Shown: positions 10,189 to 20,096 of the stretch, in pieces
How positions within the stretch are numbered: the first letter of the stretch is position 1
Layout of the letters: each line of letters opens with the position of its first letter
Virus record (IMG/VR): IMGVR_UViG_3300030117_007876
Coordinates: 32,001 to 96,000 of that record
Length of the DNA: 64,000 bases
DNA from: a virus
Direction: 5' to 3' (one strand)
Translations under genes and position numbers: made by a program
The notes under the pieces: model-generated
The model's database searches: none
The model's input: the letters and a program-made list of their open reading frames with translations, nothing else
What the model was told of the DNA's origin: nothing

Positions 10189-11353
10189 AAAAATGGCGTT
10201 AGATTGCGCCGTAAAAATATCTGAACCTTTTGTTGATTTATTCTTTTTCCCCATCCAAAGCGATAATTTTATTATTTTTGATACAAGATCTAGATATGCT
10301 TTTGGAACATACGATTTTTATCAAGATGTTCTTAGCATGATAAGCGGTTATCTTGAAGAAAACGATATTCAAGTTCTTCAGTTCGCAAACGATGATTCTT
10401 ATAAATTGACAGGAGATAAATGTTTTATTAATATAAATAAAAAGCAAGAAGCGTATCTGATATCAAAATGCAAATTAATAGTTTGTAATGAAAATTATTC
10501 TTTATACAGTGCTGCCGCTTTAAATAAAAAATCTATAGGACTTTACTCTGTTTTTGATTCTAGAAATACAGCTCCTGTTTGGAATAAAGAGTCTCAAGTT
10601 ATAATAGAATCTTCTAGAGACGGAAATAAACCAGCGTATAACCAGCTCTCAGAAAAACCTAAAACTATTAACTTTATTGATCCTTATGAAGTTGCCTCTG
10701 AAATATTAAATAATTTAGGCATTGAGCATGATTTGAATAAATACGAACTTTTACATCTTGGCGAAAATTACAACCAGAAGATAATTGAAATCATACCCGA
10801 CTTCACAAGTCAAACGAGTTTCCTACAAGGAACTTCAATCAATTTAAGATTAGATTTAGTTGACAACCTTAAAGGTGAAATCTTTCAATACTGGATGTCA
10901 AATAGAAAAGTGAATTTAATAACTGATCAAGATTTAAACATGCAATTGCTTAAAAGTTTTCAAAAAAATATTTTGAGTTTGACTATCATGGTCACAGATA
11001 AAATATCAGAAGCGTTTTTAAAAGCATGTAAGTCTTTAGGTTTAAAGATCAAACTTTATTGCGCAGACAAGAAAAAAATAAATGATTATAGATTTAAGTT
11101 TTTAGATTGGAATATCGAAAAAGATTTTAATGATGATCTTTATTTAGAAAAAATTGAAAATATTAAAAAATCTTCCAAATACGTTAGCTCTAAAATTATT
11201 TTTTCTAAAGGCCAAAAATACGCATCTAAAGCTTCATTTTTAAATAAAGATACACTTGACAAAGATGGAAATGATGTTATTCTTTCAGAAGAATTCGAAG
11301 AAGAATTAGATTATTTCAAAATTTACAATGAACATCCCCCAGAAGCGAAATGA
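10175..11353 (+). CDS. Hypothetical protein, GT9-like fold possible
   Basis: AYLISKCKLIVCNENYSLYSAAALNKKSIGLY resembles a degenerate GT9 DSG..H.AAA motif. Confidence 0.5.
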   Translation: MNLTEKMALDCAVKISEPFVDLFFFPIQSDNFIIFDTRSRYAFGTYDFYQDVLSMISGYLEENDIQVLQFANDDSYKLTGDKCFININKKQEAYLISKCKLIVCNENYSLYSAAALNKKSIGLYSVFDSRNTAPVWNKESQVIIESSRDGNKPAYNQLSEKPKTINFIDPYEVASEILNNLGIEHDLNKYELLHLGENYNQKIIEIIPDFTSQTSFLQGTSINLRLDLVDNLKGEIFQYWMSNRKVNLITDQDLNMQLLKSFQKNILSLTIMVTDKISEAFLKACKSLGLKIKLYCADKKKINDYRFKFLDWNIEKDFNDDLYLEKIENIKKSSKYVSSKIIFSKGQKYASKASFLNKDTLDKDGNDVILSEEFEEELDYFKIYNEHPPEAK

Positions 11354-12065
11354 GTTTGGTCTTACAGAAGGAGTTATTCACGCTTATCATGAAGATGGCA
11401 CAATAAATTGGAGAGCTATGATTGCCCCTGAACACCTTTACCCAAATAAAGGTTGGTTCGAAAGCAGAAGCAAACCAATGCCAAATTCCATAGAAGGTTT
11501 AGAAGACTCTCAACTTTTAATTAAACTTTCTGGAATTAAAGAGTTAGCAAAATTAAGAGGTTTCACGAATATAAAATATGAAATCATCAAATGCAACTTA
11601 GATCACGTAGCCGTTAAGTGCGAAATAGACTGGATTCCTAATTTTGAATCAAATGATGCCCCTGTCCACTTCGAAGATGTTGCAAGCGCTACAGTATACA
11701 ACACAAATAGTTTTGCTCAAAAATTTTTAGAAACTATAGCAACAAACAGAGCTTTTGTCAGATGTGTTAGAAACTTTTTGAATATTCATATTGTTGGAGC
11801 AGATGAGATTTATGACTCTAAGAAAGTTGCCACAAATATACATCATGAAGAAGAAAAAGAAGTTTCCCTCCCCTCTTCTCAAGACATGCTTGAGAAAGTA
11901 GCTATATCTAACGGTATCGAAAGTTTTGATGATTTTATTGAGCATTTAAGAAAATTATACAGATCGAAGACGTATGTAAATGATGATGCCGGTTCTTGGA
12001 CTTGTTATTCTGAAGTTCCAGCTAAAGAAGCTAGAACAATTTTAGCAATCTTAAAAAATGATTAA
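11328..12065 (+). CDS. Hypothetical protein, possible Rad52/Sak-like annealing protein
   Basis: VAVKCEI...SA...FLETIATNRAFVRCVRNFLNI pattern; weak support. Confidence 0.35.
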   Translation: MNIPQKRNEFGLTEGVIHAYHEDGTINWRAMIAPEHLYPNKGWFESRSKPMPNSIEGLEDSQLLIKLSGIKELAKLRGFTNIKYEIIKCNLDHVAVKCEIDWIPNFESNDAPVHFEDVASATVYNTNSFAQKFLETIATNRAFVRCVRNFLNIHIVGADEIYDSKKVATNIHHEEEKEVSLPSSQDMLEKVAISNGIESFDDFIEHLRKLYRSKTYVNDDAGSWTCYSEVPAKEARTILAILKND

Positions 12066-12071
12066 AACAAT

Positions 12072-12500
12072 ATGCAAATAGAAATTAAAAAACTTTCCGA
12101 AAACGCCATAATTCCAACTCAAGGATCTCATTATGCTGCTGGTTATGATTTACATGCAGCTGAAAAAGGAATCGTTTATTCTGAATGCAGACTTTTAATT
12201 AAAACTAATATTTCTGTTTCTATTCCTGACGGGTATTACGGAAGGATTGCGCCTCGTTCTGGCCTTGCATATAAAAGCGGTATTGATGTAATGGCCGGTG
12301 TAATTGATGCAGATTACCGTGGAGATATTGGAGTTATTTTGTATAATACAGATGTAGCAGATTTTGAGTTTCAAAAAGGAGATAGAATAGCTCAATTAAT
12401 TATTGAAAAATGCCATAAAGTTGAGTGGAAAGAAACAGAAGAGCTGGAAGATTCTGTTAGATCTGCTGGAGGCTTTGGTTCTACCGGCGTAAAAAAATGA
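12072..12500 (+). CDS. dut: Trimeric dUTPase
   Basis: AAGYDL, RIAPRSGLA, AGVIDADYRG, RIAQL, RSAGGFGSTG. Confidence 0.97.
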   Translation: MQIEIKKLSENAIIPTQGSHYAAGYDLHAAEKGIVYSECRLLIKTNISVSIPDGYYGRIAPRSGLAYKSGIDVMAGVIDADYRGDIGVILYNTDVADFEFQKGDRIAQLIIEKCHKVEWKETEELEDSVRSAGGFGSTGVKK

Positions 12501-12757
12501 AAGAAAACCATCTTAAAAAAATACTAGATAAACAATTTAAAATCGCTAAAGTTGATTTTAAATATGAAGATCTGTGCGAAAACAAAGTTCCTAATTGGAG
12601 AAAGAAATATTCGTATACGTCTAACGATAATAAAAAATGGAAAACTTGGACTCAAAAATATATGAAAGAAAAGCTTAAACTAACTAAAGATAAAGCTTTT
12701 ATACAAACAGCTTGGCTAGATCAAAATTACGGTTTAAAAATAAAAAATGATTTATAA
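12497..12757 (+). CDS. Hypothetical protein
   Basis: ORF overlapping the dut stop codon. Confidence 0.6.
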   Translation: MKENHLKKILDKQFKIAKVDFKYEDLCENKVPNWRKKYSYTSNDNKKWKTWTQKYMKEKLKLTKDKAFIQTAWLDQNYGLKIKNDL

Positions 12758-12760
12758 TTA

Positions 12761-12934
12761 ATGGTTTCTTCTCCATGTACTGGTTTTTGCAAATTCAAAA
12801 ATGATGTTTGCAAAGTGTGCTGGAGAACAAAAGAACATCTTTTAAATTGGCCTCGATATACAGAAGAAGAAAGACTTCAAATAATGAGCGAATTGGAAGC
12901 GAATAAAAAACATGAACGCAGGAAAAGGAGATAA
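12761..12934 (+). CDS. Small Cys-rich DUF1289-like protein (57 aa, not in ORF track)
   Basis: MVSSPCTGFCKFKNDVCKVCWRTKEHLLNW matches the SPC..C....C.GC.RT..E...W pattern. Confidence 0.7.
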   Translation: MVSSPCTGFCKFKNDVCKVCWRTKEHLLNWPRYTEEERLQIMSELEANKKHERRKRR

Positions 12935-13270
12935 GCCAAGGAACTGTTTTAGCAAAAAATATAAAAATAATTACGAAAATATTAATTGGAGTGAAAGCGA
13001 CAATACTGAAAAAAAAATTTGCTCCGCTTGTAAGGATGTGGTATTTTATTCCTTGAAAGTTTGCAGAAGTTGCGGATATGAAATTAGATAAAATATTGAA
13101 AAAATACAGGGAAAAATCGGAGCAAAACTTAGAGAAGTCATTAAGAGAATACTGGACTTGTCAATATTGTGGCGAAGATACTTCGAAAGAGTTAAAAAGT
13201 GAATTATGTGGGACAGATCATTGGGATTGCATTATGAATGCAATTATTTTAGATGATAAAAAAATAGATA

Positions 13271-13891
13271 ATGAACAATAAAGTTGAATTAATTGGTTAT
13301 TACGGAGATGACCTTGTTCACGCTTGCTCAGCTTGGACTTCAACAAGTAGAGATTTAAATGAAGACAAAATTAAAAGAGTGGGTAAGCTCCTTGATATGC
13401 TTGCTAGCAATGGTCACCATACTCCTTTTGAAAAGTCTTCTCTTCATTTTCTTGTGGATACTGACATTGCTAGTCACATCCACTTGCTTAAGCATCGCAT
13501 TGGTGTCTCTATTAACGGAGAAAGCGCAAGATATAAAGAAATCAAAGAAGACAAATATATTATCCCAGAAGATTGGCCCACAAAATGGCAAGAAAAATTG
13601 CGAGATTATTCAAATCAAGGAAATGAATTGTATCACGAAATCATCAAAGATCTTGAAGAATCACTTGGAAGAAAACGAGTAAAAGAGTCAGCTAGATTTT
13701 TTAAAACATACAATTCACAAATTTGTGCAGATGTTATGTTTAATTGGAGATCTTTTTATCATTTTTTAAATTTAAGAAATAAACCTGATGCTCAAAAAGA
13801 AATTAGAGATATAGCGTCTGAGATGCTTAATATTGTAAAAAGTATTGAATGTAATCCTTTTGAACATACAATAAAAGCCTTTAAACTTTAA
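13271..13891 (+). CDS. thyX: Flavin-dependent thymidylate synthase
   Basis: GHHTPFE, HLLKHRIGVSINGESARY, ESARFF, NWRSFYHFLNLR, AQKEIR. Confidence 0.93.
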   Translation: MNNKVELIGYYGDDLVHACSAWTSTSRDLNEDKIKRVGKLLDMLASNGHHTPFEKSSLHFLVDTDIASHIHLLKHRIGVSINGESARYKEIKEDKYIIPEDWPTKWQEKLRDYSNQGNELYHEIIKDLEESLGRKRVKESARFFKTYNSQICADVMFNWRSFYHFLNLRNKPDAQKEIRDIASEMLNIVKSIECNPFEHTIKAFKL

Positions 13892-13922
13892 TTCCCCCCC
13901 ACTCAGGTAACCCAAGCAGCAT

Positions 13923-13957
13923 GAAGCCACCCTCTTTTTAGGGGGTGGCTTTTCTTT
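13923..13957 (+). terminator. Intrinsic terminator
   Basis: gaagccaccctct-tttt-agggggtggcttttcttt. Confidence 0.8.
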
Positions 13958-13988
13958 GTATGGCAGTTTTTGTGTAAATAATATTGAT

Positions 13989-14420
13989 ATGGTACCTCCA
14001 GAATTAATATCTATGGCATTTGGAAGTCTTTCTGGGTTCGTATTTAAATTTATGGCCCAGAGAGCTAAAGAAAAAGCTGAAATGCTTAAAATGGCTCTTA
14101 AAACACAAGAAGCAAATGAGAACGCTCATAATGCTGCCGTTCAACGCGTATCTGTGGATGGTGGTAAATGGGTTAGACGATTAATAGTTGTGTCAACTTT
14201 ATTTGGCGTAATTATCGCTCCATTTTTCTTAGCGCTCTTAAATGAGCCGTTATATGTACAAATAACAGAGACTAAAAAATCATTTTTATTTGGTTTATTT
14301 GGTGGAGGAACAGATAATTATTTTGTAAGAGTTGATGGATATTTAATGATACCTGAAGTTAGACAAACTTTAACAGCCATAGTTGGATTTTATTTTGGCA
14401 GCTCAGTAGTAAAGTCATGA
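13989..14420 (+). CDS. Membrane protein (holin-like possible)
   Basis: Hydrophobic segments and an AIVGFYFGS C-terminus; ATG 11 nt after GTGTAA. Confidence 0.55.
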   Translation: MVPPELISMAFGSLSGFVFKFMAQRAKEKAEMLKMALKTQEANENAHNAAVQRVSVDGGKWVRRLIVVSTLFGVIIAPFFLALLNEPLYVQITETKKSFLFGLFGGGTDNYFVRVDGYLMIPEVRQTLTAIVGFYFGSSVVKS

Positions 14421-14677
14421 CTAAATATATCATTTTAACATTAACGATATTTTTGTTTTGCTCTTGTTCCACAATAAGAGGTTTTAAAAAAAATGATTCT
14501 AGAATAAATATTCCTAAAAAAGCTGAAGCTCAAAATAGATTTCTTAAATCAGCTGATGAAAAACCTAATTCACAAAAACAAGTTTTATCTCCGCAAGCAT
14601 TTACAAAATGGACTTTATTTTCAAGTGCAGGAAGTTTTATAGTCTTTCAATTTTTAAGGTGGAAACACATAGTATAA
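14417..14677 (+). CDS. Putative lipoprotein
   Basis: Signal peptide with a FCSC lipobox-like motif. Confidence 0.45.
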   Translation: MTKYIILTLTIFLFCSCSTIRGFKKNDSRINIPKKAEAQNRFLKSADEKPNSQKQVLSPQAFTKWTLFSSAGSFIVFQFLRWKHIV

Positions 14678-14678
14678 T

Positions 14679-15470
14679 ATGAATAATTTCTGGAACTCTT
14701 TAAAATATATATTTTCAGCCAGCTATCGAGAAAAAATAAAAAACGAATTGATTAAAAAAGAAAAGATGGTTAAAGAAATAGCTAAAAAAAATACCTATCT
14801 CGAACATGCAGCTAAAATACTTCGTCACGACATGCATAGTGGTATAAATACTTATATACCCAGAGGCTTAAGCTCTTTAAAAAGAAGAATACCTGAAGAA
14901 TTTATTTTGGAGCATAAATTACAAGCTCCTTTAAAAATGCTAGAAGAAGGGTTAAAGCACACTCAAAAAGTTTATAGAGGTGTGTATGAATTCACGAACT
15001 TAGTTAGAGAAGGAAATGTTTTAAGTACAGAAAAGCTTAATTTGCAAGATATTATTTTAGATTATTTGGGTAACACATCTTACTCTGATCAAGTTTTAGT
15101 TAATGTCCTTCCAAGCGTAGAAGTTAACGAATCTCTTTTTTGCACAGCGATAGATAATTTAATTCGAAACGGACTTAAATATAATGATTCAAAAGCTAAA
15201 AAAGTAGAAATATTTTACAGCAAAAGTACTCACGATTTATTTATAGAAGATAATGGTCGAGGTTTAACTCAAAAAGACTTTTTAAAACTAACACAAGCTT
15301 ATGTAAGAAAAGAAGATCAAAAAGAGTCTGGGTCAGGGTTAGGACTAAATATATGCACAGCTATATTAGAACAACATAAATTTAAAATTTCTTGTGAAAA
15401 ACTTCCATCACCTTATACAGGGACAAGATTTAAAATAGATTTAGGGGACATTTCGGAATATAAAATTTAA
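14679..15470 (+). CDS. Histidine kinase without a sensor domain
   Basis: H-box LRHDMHS, N-box DNLIRNGLKYN, G1 EDNGRG, G2 GSGLGLNIC. Confidence 0.9.
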   Translation: MNNFWNSLKYIFSASYREKIKNELIKKEKMVKEIAKKNTYLEHAAKILRHDMHSGINTYIPRGLSSLKRRIPEEFILEHKLQAPLKMLEEGLKHTQKVYRGVYEFTNLVREGNVLSTEKLNLQDIILDYLGNTSYSDQVLVNVLPSVEVNESLFCTAIDNLIRNGLKYNDSKAKKVEIFYSKSTHDLFIEDNGRGLTQKDFLKLTQAYVRKEDQKESGSGLGLNICTAILEQHKFKISCEKLPSPYTGTRFKIDLGDISEYKI

Positions 15471-15497
15471 AGTGTAATAAACTACAAGGAACATAAT

Positions 15498-15929
15498 ATG
15501 TTAGATTCAATTTTATTAGTAGATGATGAAAATTTATTTCATTTAGTTTTTGAAGATGCATGTAGCTTGTTAGATATTTCTTTATCTTTGGAAGCTATGA
15601 CTTCAGCTGATGATGCTGAAGTTTATTTTAAAGAGTTAGTAGAAAAAAACCAAAGAAAACCAGATGTAATTTTTGTAGATTTAAACATAATCGGAAGTTC
15701 TTTTGATGGTATAGAGTTGTGTAGAAGAATAAATTATGTTCATGGAGACGGAGTAGTTATAGGCATTATTTCTAGCTCTGACGATGAAGAAGAACAAGCT
15801 AAAGCAGTAAAAGCGGGAGCTCAATTTTGGATTATAAAAAGCGATGAGATTGAACCTAGATTAGAAGAATTTAAAAAAGACTTAGAAAACTACAAGAACC
15901 GAACAGGTTCATTTAAAGTTTATAAATGA
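15498..15929 (+). CDS. Single-domain response regulator
   Basis: LLVDDE, PDVIFVDLN, FDGIEL, GAQFWIIK. Confidence 0.9.
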   Translation: MLDSILLVDDENLFHLVFEDACSLLDISLSLEAMTSADDAEVYFKELVEKNQRKPDVIFVDLNIIGSSFDGIELCRRINYVHGDGVVIGIISSSDDEEEQAKAVKAGAQFWIIKSDEIEPRLEEFKKDLENYKNRTGSFKVYK

Positions 15930-16498
15930 TTATTTTAGGGGATGATGCAAAAAAACAACTTATTGATTTAGCTTCAGATAAAAACATTTATCTCGAAGGT
16001 AATATATGCAAACTTATAGATGCGAACGGGGATCTACAATTTTCCACATATCTTCAACAGTCTATTTCTAAAGACAGAGAAAATAGAAAAAAAAGACTGC
16101 AAATCACAAAAACAATCCAAGATCAAAATAAAGAGTTATTAGAATGGAAATCTAATAATGAAAAATTAAACAACGATCTTCAATCTGCTTTAAGCGCCTC
16201 AGAAAAAGCCAAACAGTTAGCTGAAAGCGATTTAGATGTATTGCAGAAAAAAACTCAAAATGAATTAGTAGGAATTATAGTTAAAGTAGCTCTACTAATA
16301 ATATGCTCTGTAGGACTAATTACTTCTATATTATTTTCAATTATATTATTCACGGGAATAGAAAATAAAACTGTAGAATCTTCTTGGAGTAATATGTTCA
16401 GTATATTACTTACTAACAGTTTCAGCATAGTAGGAACAATAATGGGCGTTAAATATGCGGGAAATAAAAATAATAAATGTAATTATTGCAAAAAATAA
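15926..16498 (+). CDS. Coiled-coil protein with two C-terminal TM helices
   Basis: Heptad-rich middle, hydrophobic C-terminal segments, coupled to the response regulator. Confidence 0.6.
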   Translation: MIILGDDAKKQLIDLASDKNIYLEGNICKLIDANGDLQFSTYLQQSISKDRENRKKRLQITKTIQDQNKELLEWKSNNEKLNNDLQSALSASEKAKQLAESDLDVLQKKTQNELVGIIVKVALLIICSVGLITSILFSIILFTGIENKTVESSWSNMFSILLTNSFSIVGTIMGVKYAGNKNNKCNYCKK

Positions 16499-16519
16499 AC
16501 TGGGAGTGTAAATATAAAT

Positions 16520-18127
16520 ATGGGGGAACTCCACAATATAGCCGGTAACGGCAATTTGAATGTTATAAAAAAAGCGCTTTTAAAAGATAAAGATGCTTTT
16601 CTTGCTATTGATGAAGAGTTAGGTTGGTCTCCATTACATTATGCAGCTAATAAAAGCAAAACTAAAGTTGTAGAAGCTATTTTAGAGGCTGGCGTTGACC
16701 CTAATATTCCAAGTGTTCCTCGCACTAAATATAAACAAAATGCTTGGAATTTAGCTATGGAGGAAGACGAAGAGGATCTTGACCCAATCGTTTTTCCGCT
16801 GGATGTTGCAGATGGTCCTTCGCGCACAACAGTATTCAAAACGATTTTGATGTACGGTGGAATTTTTTATGGAGACGAATTAACTCTTCATCAAGCTGTA
16901 CAGTTAGATGATATGGAAGAAGTCGAGGGGTTACTACAAGACGAAACTCTTAAAATTAATGCTAGAGATAATAGAGGTTGGATGGCGATTCACTATGCTG
17001 TAGATCTTGCGAACATGGAAATGTTAAAAATATTAATTGCAAATAAAGCTGCCATAAACGGTTCCACTTATGCAAAAAATGCTACAATTCATTTTAATCC
17101 TTGGGAAATTGCTAACATTAAAAATGATGAAGTAATGCTTAAATTTTTAGAATCTAAAGGTGCTAAACGCCATCCGGGTATACTGCACGATCAAAGGGCA
17201 ACATTAAAAAATAAAACTAAATTATACGATAAGTCGCAGTCTGATTTAAACATGCAAAAGGTCAGACAAAAACTAAAAGAAAGAGAAGCTTCATTTAAAA
17301 AAATCCCTAAAGCTCCTGAAGGATTTTTGGGTAAATTATTTGAAAACAAACATGATAAAGAGAAAAGGTTGGCTTTAGAAGCTGTAGCTGAACAAGAGCG
17401 AAAAAAAGAACAAGAAGCTAAAAGAATAAAACAAGAAGAAGAAGAAAAAGAAAGAAGAAAGCAACAAGTTATAAAATGGTCTGGAGGCGTAGACCCTTTT
17501 AAACTAAAAGGTGAGTCGCTAACTTATGACGAGCAGTGCGAAGCTCATGTTTATTTCATGGATATCGTTGCTTATTCTCAAAAAAGTACAAGCGAACAAA
17601 AAGAAGTTTCTGATGAGTTAGTTTCGATTGTAAAAAGTACTGAAAGTTTCCAGAAAGCAGACAGAAAAGGTAAGTTAGTTATTTTACCCACAGGTGACGG
17701 CATGGCTTTAGTTTTCTTTGATTCTGTTCATACAGCTTTTAAATGCGCTATAGACGTTGGTAAGAGAACATTTAAACATGCTCAAATAGGTTTACGTCAC
17801 GGAGTTTATACCGGTCCTGTTGTACCCGTCAAAGACATAAATGACAACCCCAATGTGTCTGGCACAGCAATAAATATGGCTCAACGTTGCATGGATGCTG
17901 GAGATAATGATCACATTTTAATATCAGATCACGTTTATCAATATATTAGAGATTCTTTACCGGGATTAAATTTTGAAGATTGGGGTCCTGTAGTGGTTAA
18001 ACATGGTGCTACAGTACACATGTGGACTGTATTTGGACCTACTTTTGGCAGACAAGAATTTCCTCATTGGAGAGGAGTAAAAAGACTTGAATATAAAGAA
18101 GATGAAGATAAAAAAGAACCAGAATAA
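16520..18127 (+). CDS. Ankyrin-repeat plus class III nucleotide cyclase fusion
   Basis: GWSPLHYAA and GWMAIHYAV ankyrin repeats; FMDIVAYS, TGDGMALVF, RHGVYTGPV, GTAINMAQR cyclase motifs. Confidence 0.88.
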   Translation: MGELHNIAGNGNLNVIKKALLKDKDAFLAIDEELGWSPLHYAANKSKTKVVEAILEAGVDPNIPSVPRTKYKQNAWNLAMEEDEEDLDPIVFPLDVADGPSRTTVFKTILMYGGIFYGDELTLHQAVQLDDMEEVEGLLQDETLKINARDNRGWMAIHYAVDLANMEMLKILIANKAAINGSTYAKNATIHFNPWEIANIKNDEVMLKFLESKGAKRHPGILHDQRATLKNKTKLYDKSQSDLNMQKVRQKLKEREASFKKIPKAPEGFLGKLFENKHDKEKRLALEAVAEQERKKEQEAKRIKQEEEEKERRKQQVIKWSGGVDPFKLKGESLTYDEQCEAHVYFMDIVAYSQKSTSEQKEVSDELVSIVKSTESFQKADRKGKLVILPTGDGMALVFFDSVHTAFKCAIDVGKRTFKHAQIGLRHGVYTGPVVPVKDINDNPNVSGTAINMAQRCMDAGDNDHILISDHVYQYIRDSLPGLNFEDWGPVVVKHGATVHMWTVFGPTFGRQEFPHWRGVKRLEYKEDEDKKEPE

Positions 18128-18131
18128 GTTT

Positions 18132-18416
18132 TTATTCGCTGTTTTTTTGTCTAGCCATATCTAGCTCAACAGCTCTTAATCTATCCTCAATTGAATCTAT
18201 TTTTATAGTATTATTAGAAGTTGATTGCTGTAAAACCGAAATTTCTGTAATTTTTTTATCCATCTGAATAAGATGTTGCTCTAATTTTTCGAATTCAACT
18301 TTGCTTGGAAACATAGTTTGCAAATAAGCTAACACCGAAATACCTATAACTGGAGCTATTTTCAAAAAAGTATCTAAATCCCCAAACCCTATTTTAATCT
18401 TATCAGACGACGACAT
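18132..18416 (-). CDS. Hypothetical TM/coiled-coil protein
   Basis: ORF with a GTGTAA motif upstream on the - strand. Confidence 0.6.
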   Translation of the reverse strand: MSSSDKIKIGFGDLDTFLKIAPVIGISVLAYLQTMFPSKVEFEKLEQHLIQMDKKITEISVLQQSTSNNTIKIDSIEDRLRAVELDMARQKNSE

Positions 18417-18455
18417 ACGTAAGTATATTTACACATATAATTTATACTCTAGAAC

Positions 18456-18487
18456 AAAAAAACGGCTCCCACATAAGCAGGAGCCGT
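18456..18487 (-). terminator. Intrinsic terminator after the beta-barrel gene
   Basis: aaaaaa-acggctcc..ggagccgt. Confidence 0.7.
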
Positions 18488-18514
18488 CTACAACTATTTG
18501 TTACTACTTTCTAA

Positions 18515-19222
18515 TTAGAAATTCCAGCGTAAGCCAGCAGTGGTTACAATATCTCCACCAAATTCTTCTGTAGCGAAGTTATAGTTGGCGACATCAAAGC
18601 TGTTATCAAACCAACCAACTTGACCGAAAAACTCTAGTTTTTCCCACAAAGTTCTGGAAACATCAACTTTTGCGTTAACTGTGTTATAATCAGTTAATTG
18701 ACCGTATTCGACAGATGGAGTAAGAGTAAAAAGCCCATCAATATCGAAAGATTTTTTCAGGCCGACAATATAACCTCTTTGTGAGAAACCTTGATCAGCT
18801 ACATTTAGATCGTAAGTTCCGACAACATAAGGGGTAATATATTTATTATCTAAAGAAAGAGTGATTCTTCCTTCTGTAGAGCTAGCTCCTTGGACAACCT
18901 GATGCTCAAATACTTGAGCATCGCCCCTTAAAGAAAAACCATCAAAAAGATCAATAGCTTTTCCAATTCCTACATTGCCATGTAATTCGCCAAGTCCTTC
19001 TCCAGCGTTTAACGTAACGGCTCCGACATAAGTGTCGATGCCAAAATATTGAGTACCAACGTCAACTCCAACAAAAGTCTGAGATCCGGTTTTTGCCAGA
19101 CCGTTAACGATATAGTTAGAGGTATACCCAGCGTTTACGCTTGCTTTTAGCTTAGATTCGCCTTCAGCCATAATGTTAGCTGAGACGACAATACTTAGTA
19201 ATGATAGAATAAACTTATTCAT
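18515..19222 (-). CDS. Outer-membrane beta-barrel protein
   Basis: Sec signal peptide, alternating amphipathic strands, terminal beta-signal AGLRWNF. Confidence 0.8.
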   Translation of the reverse strand: MNKFILSLLSIVVSANIMAEGESKLKASVNAGYTSNYIVNGLAKTGSQTFVGVDVGTQYFGIDTYVGAVTLNAGEGLGELHGNVGIGKAIDLFDGFSLRGDAQVFEHQVVQGASSTEGRITLSLDNKYITPYVVGTYDLNVADQGFSQRGYIVGLKKSFDIDGLFTLTPSVEYGQLTDYNTVNAKVDVSRTLWEKLEFFGQVGWFDNSFDVANYNFATEEFGGDIVTTAGLRWNF

Positions 19223-19305
19223 ATGTTCTGTATTTTACACTAAAACTCAAATGATTCAAGTTTTTTCTTGCAATGTTATTAAAACTGATATAAATTAACA
19301 CAGAA

Positions 19306-19902
19306 ATGCATAAAAATGCAGATAAAATAACAACTTTATTATTAGATGCGGCGTTTCTCCCTCACTGTTTTATCACAGGCAAAACAGCTTTTTTACATCT
19401 TTTAAAGGATTCTGTGCGTTGTTTTGATGCAAAAGACAATTTAATTGATAATAATTACGAATGGTTTAAAAATGAAGGCATAAATTTTTATAAAGATCAG
19501 CCATTTTTAAGGTCAAAAGAGAGAATTTGGTTCATTCCCACAATAGCAGTACTAAAAAAAAGAACATTCTTTAATTTAAAAATAAATAAACCTAGAACTA
19601 TTAGTTTAAAAAGATTAGCTTTATTATTTAATAATACTTGTCAGATTTGTTTTGATAAATATGATAGAAACGAATTAACTATAGAGCATATTTATCCTAA
19701 ATCTAAAGGCGGCATTAGAGAAATAGATAATGTTACATTATCATGTAAATATTGTAATCAAAAAAAGAAAGACATTTACCCATTCATGAGTGTAAAAAAT
19801 ACTGAGATCAAGACGGCCCCGCTTCCGTTACCGGTCTTACCTGATAAAAAAATAAAAATTAGAAAAGAATGGAACAAATTTTTTATATACAAAAAATTAT
19901 GA
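19306..19902 (+). CDS. HNH endonuclease
   Basis: CQIC...TIEHIYPKSKGG...NVTLSCKYCNQKK. Confidence 0.88.
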   Translation: MHKNADKITTLLLDAAFLPHCFITGKTAFLHLLKDSVRCFDAKDNLIDNNYEWFKNEGINFYKDQPFLRSKERIWFIPTIAVLKKRTFFNLKINKPRTISLKRLALLFNNTCQICFDKYDRNELTIEHIYPKSKGGIREIDNVTLSCKYCNQKKKDIYPFMSVKNTEIKTAPLPLPVLPDKKIKIRKEWNKFFIYKKL

Positions 19903-20096
19903 ATATTTCTGAATTCGAAAGAACCAAACCTACAGAAACGCATAAGTCAATAACTGATGCAATTAAAAAATATAAAAAAACAATTGATAATAAATACCCA
20001 CCGATGGATGATGAAGATGCTATAGCAATTAGTTTGTGCGAGGAGTTTATAACAGATTTAACAAATATAAAAAATAATTTAAAAGAGGGGAAATAA
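19899..20096 (+). CDS. Hypothetical protein
   Basis: Translationally coupled ORF. Confidence 0.55.
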   Translation: MNISEFERTKPTETHKSITDAIKKYKKTIDNKYPPMDDEDAIAISLCEEFITDLTNIKNNLKEGK

